Positions 27,825-41,330 of a stretch of DNA of 64,000 nt are shown in pieces. A model generated the notes under the pieces. It was not told where the DNA came from, made no database searches, and saw nothing but the letters and a program-made list of their open reading frames with translations. This DNA is from Felis catus. Taxonomy: Eukaryota. The stretch lies in assembly GCF_018350175.1 (NCBI RefSeq), contig NC_058368.1:166162001-166226000 (forward strand). Reading direction: 5' to 3'. The number at the start of each line of letters is the position of its first letter. The stretch's first letter is position 1. The position numbers and the translations under genes were made by a program.

Positions 27825-28025
27825 TCTTTTTTTTTTCTTTTTATTGTTTATTTATTTTTGAGAGAGACAGAGACAGAATGCGAGTGGGTTAGGAGCAGAG
27901 AGAGGAGACAAAGAATCCTAAGAAGGCTCCAGGCTCTGAGCTGTCAGAACAGAGCCTGACGTGAGGCTCAAACTCAGGAGCTGTGAGATCATGACGCTCA
28001 ACTGACTGAGCCACCCAGGCGCCCC
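27825..28025 (-). mobile_element. Can-SINE
   Basis: Ends GAGCCACCCAGGCGCCCC; poly(T) tail. Confidence 0.95.
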
Positions 28026-28424
28026 TTTTTGTTTCTTTGTTTGTTTTTTAAACCCTGTTTCTTCTTTTGTTTCACCACTAGGGACACACAAATGGACTTC
28101 AGCTACAGTTGACATGAGCAGTTCTCTGAAGTCTGTTACTGTGTACTTTCTGCCCAGAATCTTCTGTGGTTAGTTTTCAACATAATGCTTTTGTTTAATG
28201 AAGTTTGAGAAGCGCTACTCCAGATAGTCACTGTTGTACTTTTACTCACAGACATTCTATTTACTTTTTAATACTTTGTGAGTAGGCTTGGTATAGATTT
28301 GAACCACTGGTTTATAAGCTTCTCCTCTGTGACTTCTACCATATTTTTAAGCTTATTTCGGTTTATATGTCTTTTGACTGCCTCGATAAGATATGATCCC
28401 ACTCTAACATGTTTTATTCATTCT

Positions 28425-28855
28425 TTTAAGTTGGTTCCCCTTAGAAAATGGAATCTGAGATGTATATATTCATTTATGTAGTTTATTAGAGAGTGTTCTC
28501 AGAAACTATTCCTGTATGGGAAGAAAAAAACAGGTTTGAGTAGAAAGAGAAATTGAAACATAGTAAAATTAAGACCTCAGCCCATTCCATGAGATGCAAA
28601 GGAACTAGGAGAGACTTGCAGTTGTTTCAAACGGAAGCAACAGGAGTGGTCATTTTTCCCCCCCACATCGCTAGCCACTAGATTAGGGAAACTCCCAGGA
28701 AGAGAAGAACCTCAAGCAAGGCAGCCATTAGCAGCAAAAGTCAATTCCTAGAGAGGGAATATGCTGTGAATTATGCTAAAAACCCTAATAGCAGCTAAAA
28801 ATGAGCACCTTGGTCCTAAAAGCAGGGTCTGAATGGATAATGACATTACTACAGC
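28425..28855 (-). mobile_element. old MaLR LTR (MLT1-type)
   Basis: GGTTCCCCTTAGAAAATGGAATCTGAGATG..GTTTATTAGAGAGTG; AATTCCTAGAGAGGG. Confidence 0.55.
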
Positions 28856-29540
28856 AGTAACAGCAAAAGCTGATTCATCTTCACTGAACACACTTATTCA
28901 TTTATGAAAGTATTTTTCAAGAAGTTCCTTTCTAAAGTTCTGGGTAAGACAAGGAAAAAATGTAAATATGTAAAGAGGGGAAAGTTTTTAGAAAATAAAA
29001 GTGATTTTAGAGAAAATAAGCCTGGAAGAAAAAGACTCACAGAAGTTATAAAGCCTATCTGAACTCTTCTTTGCCCATCTTGAAGGCAGTGTGTACATTT
29101 TTATCAGTTAAAGTGTTAAAAATTCTTAAGAGTTTGTAGTAATTTTTGAAAAAACACTGGAAAATCAAAAATATTGCAAATAATAACTTTTCAGGGGGAA
29201 GAGTTTTTTAAAATCTGACTTTATTCAAAATGAGTACATTGAAAGTAATGTTTGCAACTACAAAAGCTGCTGGCTGCTCCAAATACAGAGGATGCTTTTT
29301 CGGGAGTGTTGTGTTTCACAGTATTTATTGTTTTCCAAGATTTGACAAGTCTGCTTCATTTAAGCATTGGTTATCAAATTTAAGTGAGGTCTTTTATTCG
29401 TCCAGTAAATCAATAAACATAATGTAAGTACTATGAGTAAAGCTCTGCATTGGGTTATGGTGATATTAATGTGCTACTGACAGACACAGGCCACAAAGTC
29501 CCTGCCTCAATTGCAGTGATTGAGTCCCCTCACTCAATTG

Positions 29541-29790
29541 CAGTGATTCCCAAACTATCAGGGACTGATATTTTTGTATGACACAGTGAAAGTGTATTAC
29601 CAGTGAAATGAAATCGAAATACATGGCCAAAATTCTTTATCATTACATCCATCATATGTAAGATTACTCTGTCATATTGGCAAAAGAGTTTCTAAACACT
29701 TTCAATTTCTTTACTTATTTCATCTCAGATTAGTAAGAATTTGTGGTCTGGCAACAGGCCATGGATTACAATCAGAGTAAGACTATTTTA
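29541..29790. mobile_element. non-autonomous hAT-Charlie element
   Basis: CAGTGATTCCCAAACT terminus; ATTACTCTGTCA..GTTTCTAAA..TCAATTTCT..ACTTAT internal motif. Confidence 0.5.
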
Positions 29791-29799
29791 TGAAATATC

Positions 29800-30560
29800 C
29801 CATATTTCAACACAGATGAGGATCCTGACCAATACACTTCCACTTACAATAGAATATGTTCAGTGCATTGAATAAAGACCTAAGCCAGAGATTTGCACCC
29901 AAAAGAATCTGCCTGGAGGAAGTAATAGCTAATGCCAATGCTAAAGTTTACATGGGATTAGGAAAAAAAATATAAATTATCTCGCAGGTAACAAAAGATG
30001 GAAATTTCTGGTTAGAAAGAAAAACTTGTGCGGATACCCAGACGAGAGAGAAATTAAAGGAATTAGCAAGATCAAATTCATAAAGACTCTTACTGGCCCT
30101 CTTCTGGAGTTTGAATTTCTCATTAGGTCAAAGGAGAACTTTAATGATGGAGTGACATGATTTATGGCTATTCACTGGAAATAACTGGAATGGTATATAG
30201 CATTTATAGGGAACACTGTGTTTCTGTTTTGACCAACAAAACGGATGTTAGTTCCAATGACTGGAATAGAAAATTCAAAAGTAATCCATTCAGGGAAGGA
30301 AGATGATGAGTTTAAACAGGCTGAATTAGAATCACCTCAGGAATATCCAAGTTGAGTTGTATAAAATTCAGCCTAAAGTATATATCTAACCCTTAAGAGA
30401 TATTTTAACTAGAGTTACATCTACAAATTTTATCAATTTAAATGGGCTAAGAAGATATTACCAAGGAAGAGTATATACAGTGAAAAGAGAAAGGCGTCTG
30501 AGAAGACAAAAAGTTGGACAAAGACCATTCAAAGTACTGGAACTTTCTGCTTGAAAGGAA
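29800..30560 (-). mobile_element. L2 fragments
   Basis: GGAGTGACATGAT and GGAAGATGATGAGTT antisense L2 motifs. Confidence 0.55.
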
Positions 30561-31074
30561 CACATTTTCTACACAGTACCTAAGTAAAATATTTCCAGTA
30601 TACAGAAAAGAAACACTTAAAAATTTCATGAAAATGCATATGACCATCTTAGGATAGAATCCATAAACTGGAGGTGCACTAACTTTCTGGAAAAAAGTAG
30701 CAAAATAACAAGACTTTAGCCTTGATGACATTAAGAAAAGGAGTCTAGGAAACTCTATTGCTATCGCCTCTTTTGACATGATTTCAAAATAAAGCATCTG
30801 TTTTTAAACCAATGATTTTCAAGGAGAAAAGAAAGTTGTGTTCAGTGGGGACTTGTCAAAATCACTTGGGGATTTTCAAACACAACACGCTTACAACTGA
30901 TTCCCCACACTCCAGGCACCCACAAACCACCAAGTTCTGACATGCTAACTCCAAAATGTATGTTGTAGTAATACTGGACTAATTTTCTTTATGTAATAAT
31001 ATCTTTGAAATTGCAATTTAATTCAGCATGAAAATCTATTATTTATTTATTTAATATTATTTGTCCTTAGCACC

Positions 31075-32155
31075 AGGGATATGAGAAGAGTAAAAAAAAT
31101 ATTCATAGAACTCAACAGCAAGAGAGAGAGAGAGAGACAAAAACAACACACAAAAATCTGATTTAAAAATGGGCAGAGAAACTGAACAGAGACTTTTTTC
31201 AATGAAAATATACAAATAGCCAACAGGTACATGAAAAGATGCTCAATATCACTAATTATCAAGGAGATACAACTCAGAACCACAATGAGACATCAGGCCA
31301 AACTTGTTAGAAAGGCTATTATGAAAAAGACACAAGATGACAAATGCTGGCAAGGATATGGAGAAAAGGGAACTGCACTGCTGGTGAGAATATAAATTGG
31401 AGCAGCCACTGTGGAAAACAGTGAGGAGGTATCTCAAGAAATAAGAAATTAAAATAGCATATGATCAGTAATCCCACTTCTAGTTATATATTAAAAGGAA
31501 ATAAAATCAGTATCTTAAAGAGATACCTGCATCCCCATGTTCACTGTGGCATTATTCACAATAGTTACCACATGGAAACAACCTAAGTAAGTGTCCATAG
31601 ACAGATGAATAAAAGAAAAATGATAGATACATATGTGGTAACACACACACCCACAGAGCAATATTATTCAGTCACAAAAAAGGAAATCTGGATTTGTGAT
31701 ATGATGGATGAAACTTAATTATGTTAAATGAAATGAGACACAGAGAAGGACTTATACTATGCGATTTCACTCGTATGTAGAAACCCTAAAAACACCAAAC
31801 TCATAGAAATGGAGAACAAATTAGTAGTTACAGGGGCTGAGGATTGGAAGAAATAGGGAGATATAAGTCAAGGGTACAAAATTTTAGTTACAGGATGAGT
31901 AAGTTCTAGGGATCTAATGCACAGCATGGTGATTATAGTTAACAATACAGCATTGTTTAATTAAAAGCTGGTAAGAGTAGATCTTAAATCTATTCACACA
32001 CACAAAAAAATGGTAACTCAGTCAGGGGATTAATATGTCAGGTAAACATACTGTGGTAATCATTTTGAAATATACACATACATCAAACTATCAGGTTACA
32101 CACCTTAACCTGTGTTATATGACAGTCTATCTCAATACAGCTAGGGAAAAAAAGA
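31075..32155 (+). mobile_element. L1 (L1MA-like) 3' portion
   Basis: Decayed ORF2 C-terminus (CAAATGCTGGCAAGGAT, CCACTGTGGAAAACAGT), 3' UTR and A-tail. Confidence 0.9.
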
Positions 32156-32954
32156 AACGCTGAAGAAGGAACTTCTTTTTTCGTTTGCAATGTACTTGTT
32201 TTAGAAACAGAAAGATGCATGCTTTGGAGCATAATATAAATACTAACTTTGGGAGAAATGATAATATGCTATTACTGGAGTGGTAGAGTAAGATGATGAA
32301 TCAGAAGATTAGTTGTTTCTAGTTGTGATTCTGCCTCGCAATAGTTTTGTGATCTTGAACAAGTTTCTTAAAGTCTTGGAGTTCCAGGTTTCTTACATGT
32401 TAAAAAAAGAGTTGTTGGACTGTTTTATTTTTTAGAAGAACCAAGTAAGAATAAATTATACAGATTTCTAGATTCCACTTCAGAGTTACTAAGTATTTTC
32501 CATGATTGAGGCTCCCTAAAAAATTGTTTTAGGTGATACCTATATAGTCAATCCTGTAACTGTCCATTTGACCATCATCTGGACACATCTGGAGTAACTG
32601 ACCACTGAAATCATGTATACTTAAGTTAGTAAACAAATTCAACCTCCTGGAATTTGAAAACGGTTATATAATTATATAAAATCCACCCTCTCCTTTATAA
32701 TTGTGTTTCTAACTTTCTATACTATTCTTTAAAGATTGTGTTATTTTATAGCTAAATTTTTTTTTCTATTCCCTTTTTAAGTTTTAATTTTTATAAGTCA
32801 AGACACCTTTTTATATATTCATTAGCCATTTCCATTCTCTTCAATCACTACTCATATTCATATGTCTTGCCCTTTTAAAAAAATATTGTTTGTCTATTTC
32901 TTATTGTTTTACAAAACCTCTTTTTATAAATTAGGGATATTCTTGTTTCAAATT

Positions 32955-33460
32955 TTTACTAAATTCTAGTTAGTTAACATACAGTATAATATTGGCTTCA
33001 GGAGAATTTAGTGATTCATCACTTACATGTTACCCCCAGTGCTCATCACAGCAAGTGCCCTCCTTAATGCTCATCACCCATTTAGCCCCTTCCCTCCAGC
33101 AATGCTCACTTATTTCTCTATAGTTAAAAGTCTCTTATGGTTTACCTGCCTCTTTTATCCCCCTTCCCCTATGTTCACATATTTTGTTTCTTAAATTCCA
33201 CATATGCATGAAATCATATGGTATTTGTCTTTCTCTGACTGACTTCTTTCGCTTAGCATAATATACTCTAGCACCATTCACCTCAATGAAAATGTCAAGG
33301 TTTCATTCTTTTTGATGGCTGAGTAATAGTCCATTGTGTATACATGTATGTATTTCGGTATGTGTACATACATACATATATACTGCATCTTCTTCATCCA
33401 TTCATCAGTCGATGGACATTTCAGCTCTTTTATTTTAGCTATTGTTGATAATGCTGTATA
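32955..33460 (-). mobile_element. carnivore L1 3' end
   Basis: TAGTTAGTTAACATACAG, CCCAGTGCTCATCAC, ATCATATGGTATTTGTCTTTCTCTGACTGAC. Confidence 0.9.
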
Positions 33461-33599
33461 AAACTAAATTTGTAATGAGTAAACCAAATAGCCCATAGGT
33501 TGTATATAAACCAAACCTAACTAAATCAATTACTTTCCATTCTAATAACAAAGTAAAATTTTGTACAAATAACCTTTAATTACAAACTTTGATAATACA

Positions 33600-33785
33600 G
33601 TATCTATATAATATATTGATATATTATATATAATATATAATTATATTATACTATATAATACATATAGTATACAGTATTAGTATATAATATATAGTATATA
33701 TTATAACTATATAATTATATTATATTAATTATATTATGTTATTATTATATATTATATATTTAATAATACACAGTCCGTATATATA
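33600..33785. repeat. AT-rich low-complexity (TA)-like tract
   Basis: Direct reading. Confidence 0.85.
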
Positions 33786-33982
33786 CAGGAAATGTATTCA
33801 TCTCTTTCCAAGAAAAGGTGGCATCTTCTCATGGATAATAATCTTATAAATTTTTCTACCTACTCTTTTAGCCATTCAAATCAGCCAATCCTTCTTTGGT
33901 TTAAAGAAAATCTATTATACATAAAGCATTGTGCTAATGGTTTTATCAATGATAGTTCCCACCTTTTAAAAAGAACCATCAT

Positions 33983-34212
33983 GGGTGTACCTGGGTGGCT
34001 CCGTCAGTTGAGCATCCAACTCTTGATTTCAGCTCAGGTCATGATCCCAGGGTCATGGGATCAAGGCCTGCATCAGGCTCCATGCTGAGCAGGAAGCCTG
34101 TTTAAGATTCTCTCTTTCTTTCCCTCTGCCCCTCTCCCCTGCTCATGCTCTCTGTCTCTCTAAAATTAAAATTAAAATGAGTAAAAATAAATAAAATAAA
34201 ATAAAAATGAAT
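33983..34212 (+). mobile_element. Can-SINE (older subfamily)
   Basis: ACTCTTGATTTCAGCTCAGGTCATGATC; (TAAAA)n tail. Confidence 0.95.
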
Positions 34213-34904
34213 AAAAAATCATCATGAATACAAAGTTTTCCTCAAACTAAATGTTAACGATGAATTTGGGAAAAAATGCTATTTATGGACCCACAGGAAA
34301 ATATGTGCCAATAAATATATTGCCTGGACAGGGCACTATTCTAAGCACAAACTTCTAAGCATTTAATTTACAATGGAAACATCAATTCATTCACTCCACA
34401 AGAAATTATCTAATTTGGGAAGAAATTATTATCATAGATTTCCTTCCTTTTATTTCTTGGCCTTGATGTAGAATTTTATCAAAGAAAATTAAGGACATGT
34501 GTACATGTAATGTGCATGTAAGTGAATGAGAGAAAGGAAAAGTGATACTCTGAGTATATATCTGGCTGACATGTGTGTGCTCTAAATCTTGTTCACAAAC
34601 CATGTAAAACCACTAGAAATGCTTTTGGAATATTCAACAATTCTATGAATGATTAGCATCTCTTTCTCACTGAAGAAACATGATAACATCTCTTTTATGA
34701 ACTCTAATTCAAAACAAGGGTAGAGTCAAGCCAATTTTTTGAACTACATCAATTCTCTAATGTGTCATGATGTTTGAACAAAAAGATTTTGGACTGAGCA
34801 GGAAGATGCATTCAATATTTTAAAGGGGAAACTTTAGACAGTTTTCTATGATTTTTTTCATGCAATGGGAGAAAATGGTAACAGTGCTATATACAATGAA
34901 AATA

Positions 34905-35100
34905 GTGAAAAAATGCTGAAGTCTGCTCTACATGCCATATATGATGTAAAAGAGTACACATTTGTTATCCCATTTCATCTTAACAGCAATTCTAGGACGT
35001 GGATCCTATTGTTACTCCCCAAAGATGAGGAAATGGAAATTTAGAGAGATAAGGTGACAATTAGGAATCTGAAGAAATCATATTTGAATCTAATAAGCAA
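34905..35100 (-). mobile_element. MIR fragment
   Basis: AGATGAGGAAATGGA..TTAGAGAGATAAGGTGAC. Confidence 0.55.
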
Positions 35101-36637
35101 TCCAGATCATTTATCCATTACATCAATTAACTTCTATCTACAGAAATGCATGTTTATTAGCAGAAGTTTATAGGGGATCCTCTAATGTCTATGCTTTGCC
35201 ACTAAAAACTGTAACTCAGTGTCATCTAATAGACACAGGTATCAGTGTAGTCACATTTTTCTCTCCAGGAAGAAAAATGCTCAATCAATAATATTAATAT
35301 ATAGGAATTAAATTTAAAGTGCCAGGATATGCTGACAACAGGAGTTTTGAAGTGTGTTGTCTTATTTTGTTTCATTACTTGGTTTGTTAGTTTTGTCTTT
35401 GAGTAGTGATTTTAATGGCATAATGCCAGCCTGGAGTAACAAGTTCTCTTAGCAGGGGGATACTGAGGTAAACACTCAAGTCCTTTGTGGTGTTGTTTGT
35501 TTGTTTTTTGTAGGAAACATGGCACAAAACTCTCTGTAGATTTGTTTTTATGTATAAATAACCAGTACACTATTAAATAAATGATTGAGATCTACATAAA
35601 TTTTAAAAGTATATATTATAAATGCATTTTTTTATAGTTTTAGATTCTACTGAGAAATCTCCTGTGACTCTTGTATTTCATAAAAATTTTGTCTTGAGTT
35701 GGCTATGGTTTTCAATTGCTGCTATTCTTGATTATAATTATAGATTAGTGTTATTTTGCCTTCACAATCAGCACTTTAATTTGTTGTAGGTTTGGGTAAT
35801 TATAAAGTGATGCATATTTCCATTAACAACCTTTTTAGAAGCGTAATTTTTTTAAACGGGCTTTTAAGAAGTGTATGCATTGTGGTTCAAATATGAATGA
35901 TTCACACCTCTATTGCTAAAAGAAATGCAATTATAATTTTAAAACAGCACATTTGTACAGTGACACTCCATTGGAAAACAGTAGAGCAGACATGGCAGAA
36001 GGTCCTCTTGAGGCAACTTCATTAAAAACTATTTGAGAACAACCTAAAAGCAAAAACTGTTTTGACTGCCTGTTCTTATAAAAATTAAAGACCGAATATG
36101 TCAAACTTATTCTAATTTATATGTTTAAATGTATACATATTTCTTTCCAAAAAAGATATGAAAGAATGTACATACATAATAAATCTGGTCTAACATAATT
36201 TCAGTGTGATATTAAAAGCAAAGAAAGAAAATGTTCTAACCATACTTAATACAATTATAATTATCAATTAGTCTTGAGAATGCACCTTGATTTTGAAAAG
36301 GATATTAAGAGCCATGTGTTGTCCAGGAATTGAGATTTTTCAAGTAGGGTTCGCTTGTACAGTCTATCGATCTTATAGACAGTAACATTTTAAACAATGA
36401 TTTACGTGGTATAAAATTTATACCTCAGTATAAAAATTATTCCTCAACAATTAGAAATAGACAAAACTTCCTTAAAAACTGTAAATGTTTTCCCAGTGTT
36501 CCTGTCAAGAGACAGTTGAGTATTTTATAGCAGTTGTGAGAGAAATAGTTGAGATGTTTCAAATTAAGGATTTCATACTTAAGAGATCAATTATGATAAA
36601 TTCTTAGTTGAAAATTATATATTGTTGTAGTAATTTT

Positions 36638-36841
36638 TATAAGTTTACTTATTTTGAGAGAGAGAGAGAGCACGAGTAGGGAAGGGGCAGAGAGAGAGGA
36701 GAGAGAGAATCCCATGCAGGCTCCCGCTGTCAGCACTGAGCCCAGTGTGATGCTTGAACCCATGAACCATGAGATGGTGACCTGAGCTGAGCTGACATCA
36801 AGAGTCGGAGGCTTAACCAACTGAACCACCTAGGATCCCCC
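36638..36841 (-). mobile_element. Can-SINE
   Basis: Perfect TSD TGTTGTAGTAATTTT at 36623-36637 and 36842-36856. Confidence 0.96.
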
Positions 36842-37172
36842 TGTTGTAGTAATTTTAATTTGCTTGATTAATTGCAAAGTTATACTATAGAAAATTGTGT
36901 ATCTTGTTAATTTGGGTTTTTCAGTAAATGGTCATATATTTTTCTAGTTTTCTTTTACCTATTTGAGGTTCAATTACTTTTATATTTAAATCTATGAAAT
37001 TTACATATTAATACTTTTTGTTATATTTGTTATTAATATTTTCCAATGTGCCATTAATTTTATATGTAAACCTGTGTAAAAGCAACTGAACTTAATCTTT
37101 GAAATTTCTTCCATTGCTTTTGTGTTCAGATAACCTTCTTTCATTTAATGGTAAGTTAAATACTTCCTTTCA

Positions 37173-37805
37173 TTTTTTTTTAACTACTAATTTCTTCTGA
37201 ACCAATGTGACCTGCACTGAAAATCACATAACCACCATTGTGCCTGGACACAGATCAATCAGAATCAACACGAACAAGAGGTTGAAAAAGCTCCAGAAGA
37301 ATGCTGCTCCTGCCATATGGTCACTCATCCTCCCATTGTTAGTTAGGAAAAGGGTCTTCAGGGCTGTCTGGAGGCAGAATCCTCCTCACAGGGCTTAAGG
37401 AAGAGTCTATAAAACCACCTGCATGAAAAGATTTAGCTATTTTGACCATATGATAATACTGGTGCTCTTCAGCAGACAATCAACACTGGATGAGAGGCGA
37501 AGTTCTATCTGGATCTGTACTTTCCATACAGCAAAAGATTCTGCACATCAAATAATCTGATCAAATATCCATTTTTCTTTTGGTTCTAATTAATGAAGGA
37601 GAAATTCAGTTTATTCTAGTATTAGTCCCTAAGGATCCTATTATTGTTGTTACTGCTATTTTGTGTGTATTTGTTTTCTGGTTTCCGTTGGTTTGTTTTC
37701 CCTGTGCCCAGGCAAATTGGTGTATTTTGGGGATATTAATATTACAGAAAAATTCTGTTAGAGCAAGATGATAGATTGTTTTGCTACAATTGCAGGCTCT
37801 TCTCA
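37173..37805 (-). other. candidate endogenous bornavirus-like nucleoprotein element (EBLN), unverified
   Basis: Collinear minus-strand motifs IPKIH, IIGS, DQI, SFA, PVLSY, FPN, AAFFWS, PGxxV against recalled BoDV-1 N; A9 tract at the 3' end; hand alignment only. Confidence 0.3.
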
Positions 37806-40800
37806 TTCCTTAAAAAAAAAATAGAAAAAATGATAGACAACTTTTAAAGCTTTAAATTTCCTCTGTCCTAAGAATTAGCCCAATCTTGATTATACCACTG
37901 AGGGAGGGAAGTTTAGGGCAATGAGCCAACCAAAGTAGAATTTTATTAGTATCTATCTACCACTTAAATGAGACAAGATGTTGAGACAGTTACAGGATTT
38001 CCTAAGCTTAGTCTTTGCATCTGGAAAATAAGTATAATAAGAGTTTTAAAGTATTATTGTAAATATATCGGTATGGGGGTGTGTGTATCATTTATTTAGT
38101 GCCAATTCTAATCCATTCTACTCCCAAGGGTAGGCACTGTATATATTGTATAATGTATGTGTATGCACACATACATTGCATTCTATACACATTGTATATA
38201 CAGTATATATAACATATATATACTCTATTATATATAGATTAGAATTTTGACTAATTAAATGATAACTACTATTGTTTTTATTAAAAACCTCACCTTCCCT
38301 TAATTAGGATTACAGGTTAGATAAGTCCCTTAAATTTTAGCATGGGCCAAAAGATGGCAGGATGAAGGGAGGATTAACTTCTTCATAAGATGTTTACTAT
38401 TGTACCCAGTTGCACCCTAATTTCCGCAAAGCTCTACCAGCAATGTCTGAAATAACATGATAGTTGAGGAAAGAAGAAGATGTCACTGTCTTGAAAGAGG
38501 CCTATCATTAAATCAGCATTTAATTTCCTCCATGGATTTCCCTTACAATCCTCAAAATAAGACTTCATTGGAAGAGAGTATACCTTCCCTGAAAAAACCT
38601 AATTAAAGGGGGGAGGGTTAGCTATTAAAAGTTTTACAGTAATCAATGAACTTTAGGACACTGGCTGTTTGAAAATTGCAGAGCATTTTCCAGAATTCCT
38701 TTTGGAAAGAAAGGTTGGTAACAGTATGACTAATTTTCCTAAAAACCGGCATATATTCATAGATCATTTTATTGAGAATATCTTTTAGACACTTTAAACA
38801 CTGGAAATGAGAATATCTAGTATGGTAGGTAGTTCATGATACCAGCTGCAGCATTTACAAATACCTCTCTGCTTATCACTGCACTGAAAATCCAGATTTC
38901 TATCATGTGGTAATATGTAAGTATGTAAAACTATATACTACAATCATTAGATATATTGTTACCTATGTTCTTACACACTGAGACATTTCTCTTGATTAGG
39001 TCTTGTTTTTACTTTCTTCAAAGTCTGTATTATAACATCACCTTTATACCATGATACTGAGTTTTGAATATCCATTACATACATCCCTTGAAGGAAATTC
39101 TGCCATAAGTAGCCCAAGACTTATGGACCCAATTCCCATTTGAGCATTATATTTGAGCATAACTGGCTGTAGTGAAAGATGCCAAAGTTAACCAGGCAGT
39201 GCTGTGTCAAAGCAAAAATAAAAGGAACAAATGGAACACTAGAGTATATGCTCTGAAAAGATTGAGAATGATTATTTTTCAATGCTTTCCTAGAGATTTT
39301 ACAAATTTGCTACTTTTTAGAATATTTTTATGTTGGCTCTTATATTCAAACTATTTTACAGGTTTAACATCTTACATTAACAGGTTTAACTATTTTACAG
39401 GTATTTTACAGGTTTAACTTTTTCTAGTTTAACTAGTTGTCTTTGTCTAAGGTAATTATATAAACAAACTATTATCTTTTAAATTCTTTGTTTTTCCTCT
39501 AGGATAGTTTTTGAAAGTTGTTTTGCTTTAACTTCTCTATGTCACAAAATTTTAATTTTCTTTCTCAATTCCCCATTGATGAATTGCTAAAGATTTCCCC
39601 AAATTTATGTAAGTGAACACTAGGGCTTACCAAATTATTAATTCCTTATTAATTTTTATCTAAAAGACATTAATGTCATATGCACCCAATAAATTCCAAA
39701 AACAATCCTAAACTGTATTCCTAGTTGTTTAGTAGATATCCACAGTACACAAATCCCATCTATATTTCTAATCTAATTACACATTTTATAATCATGACCC
39801 ATCTTTCTCTCAAAATTATCCAGGTGTCTTAATTTTTATTTCTTATGATCACATAGTTTCAGGAACAGTATGTATTTCTATATAAACCTGAGTTAGTTAG
39901 GGTACTATCAATTTTCACAGAAAGATCATTCTGAAACAAGTTATTAACCTTATTGTCATTTAAAATCTATTACAGGGGAGATAATATAATCCCTTGTATA
40001 ATCTTTAACATAATACTATATGGGGAGAGGAAGTGAAAGAATATAAATACATATTGATAACTTGATGTTAATGGTGGATGATGGGACAGTAAGGTTCTTT
40101 ATACTCTTTTCTCTTTTATATGTTTGAATACTGTCATCATTAAAAAAGAACAAAGCAAAAGTTATTGAAATGAAAGGGAGTTTATAAAAAATAAACATAA
40201 ACACCACAAATACAAAAAAACCTCAAGAGCAATGAAAATATTTGTAAACTCTGAATACACTACTACAGATTCCTCCATACTAAATCTGTGGATTATAAGT
40301 ATCTGAAGTATGCTTGTCAAAGATGGTTTCAAGCATCATAAAGACTGTTTTACTAAAAGCTGCTGCAAAAATTAACACATTTAAATTATACAATCCATTT
40401 ATTACTTCATTCATTTGGCAACTATGTATGGCATCAAATATTATTGTATCTGCATGTGTTCTGGGAAAGGGAAGAGATAGGAAGTAGGAACAGGTATGAA
40501 ATTAATGTAAGAATGATAGTGCCACAACTTAGCAAAATAAGAAGTTAAGATTTATTGGTTTTGAAGTTAGGAAATATATGACACATTGATCATGAAGATA
40601 ATCTTAGCTTGGGGTCTCAGAATAATTCATTATTAATTAGAACTCAATGTAAATATGAGCTCCTTAAAACGCTCTTTACCAATAAGCTTTTGTAAGTAGT
40701 AGTTACATATTATTTGTAATTTCAGTCATTTTTTTTAACATTTTACTTGGTTTGGTTAAATAGTTTTCTTCTCTGACCTACCCCACATGGAAAAGGGCTT

Positions 40801-41149
40801 TACTGAAGTAAATCAGACTTTTCTGTCAAAGACCTCCTCAACCTAAAATACCAACACACTTATAACCGTTACATTTTTTTCTACCAAGCATTAAATAGTG
40901 GGTCTGTCTTACTAAATGAACAAACCATTTAAGTAGTAACATTTAAGCGGTTTTTACTTAAGTATGCTAATGATTTTCCATTTGGCTTTTTCTTTTTTTA
41001 TTTAAATTGTGTGGTTCTCTTCTGGTTGAATATTTTAAAGTAATCTCTAGACATGTGATCAAAGATCTCCATAAAAGGGAACTGATTTGTTTCAGAAGCT
41101 TATTTTTCATTTCTCTTAAAGGAACCTCAGGGCTTCAGAAAACCATATG

Positions 41150-41330
41150 GATTTTAAATAGCCACAAGAGAAAGATTCAAAAGTTATAAAGGAGGCCGGG
41201 GATGATCTTCTCTGGGGAGAGGGTCTCAACAAACAGTATTGATCCTCATGTTTCAATGATGTACTCTGCCTCAAGGCAGAGGGCTGAACCAGATGACTGT
41301 GCAAGGTTCATCTCGGCCCTCTGGTTGTAA
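41150..41330 (+). mobile_element. CR1/L3 LINE 3' end
   Basis: CTGCCTCAAGGCAGAGGGCTGAACCAGATGAC resembles the L3/CR1 3' terminal motif. Confidence 0.6.

Noticed and set aside
29497..29548. 26-bp tandem duplication containing CTCAATTGCAGTGATT
   Set aside because: Simple local duplication at a transposon edge; two units only, not an array
37200..37570. Alternative readings as RTE-clade reverse transcriptase (minus) or mariner transposase (plus)
   Set aside because: Catalytic motifs absent and spacing poorer than the nucleoprotein-like fit, though not formally excluded
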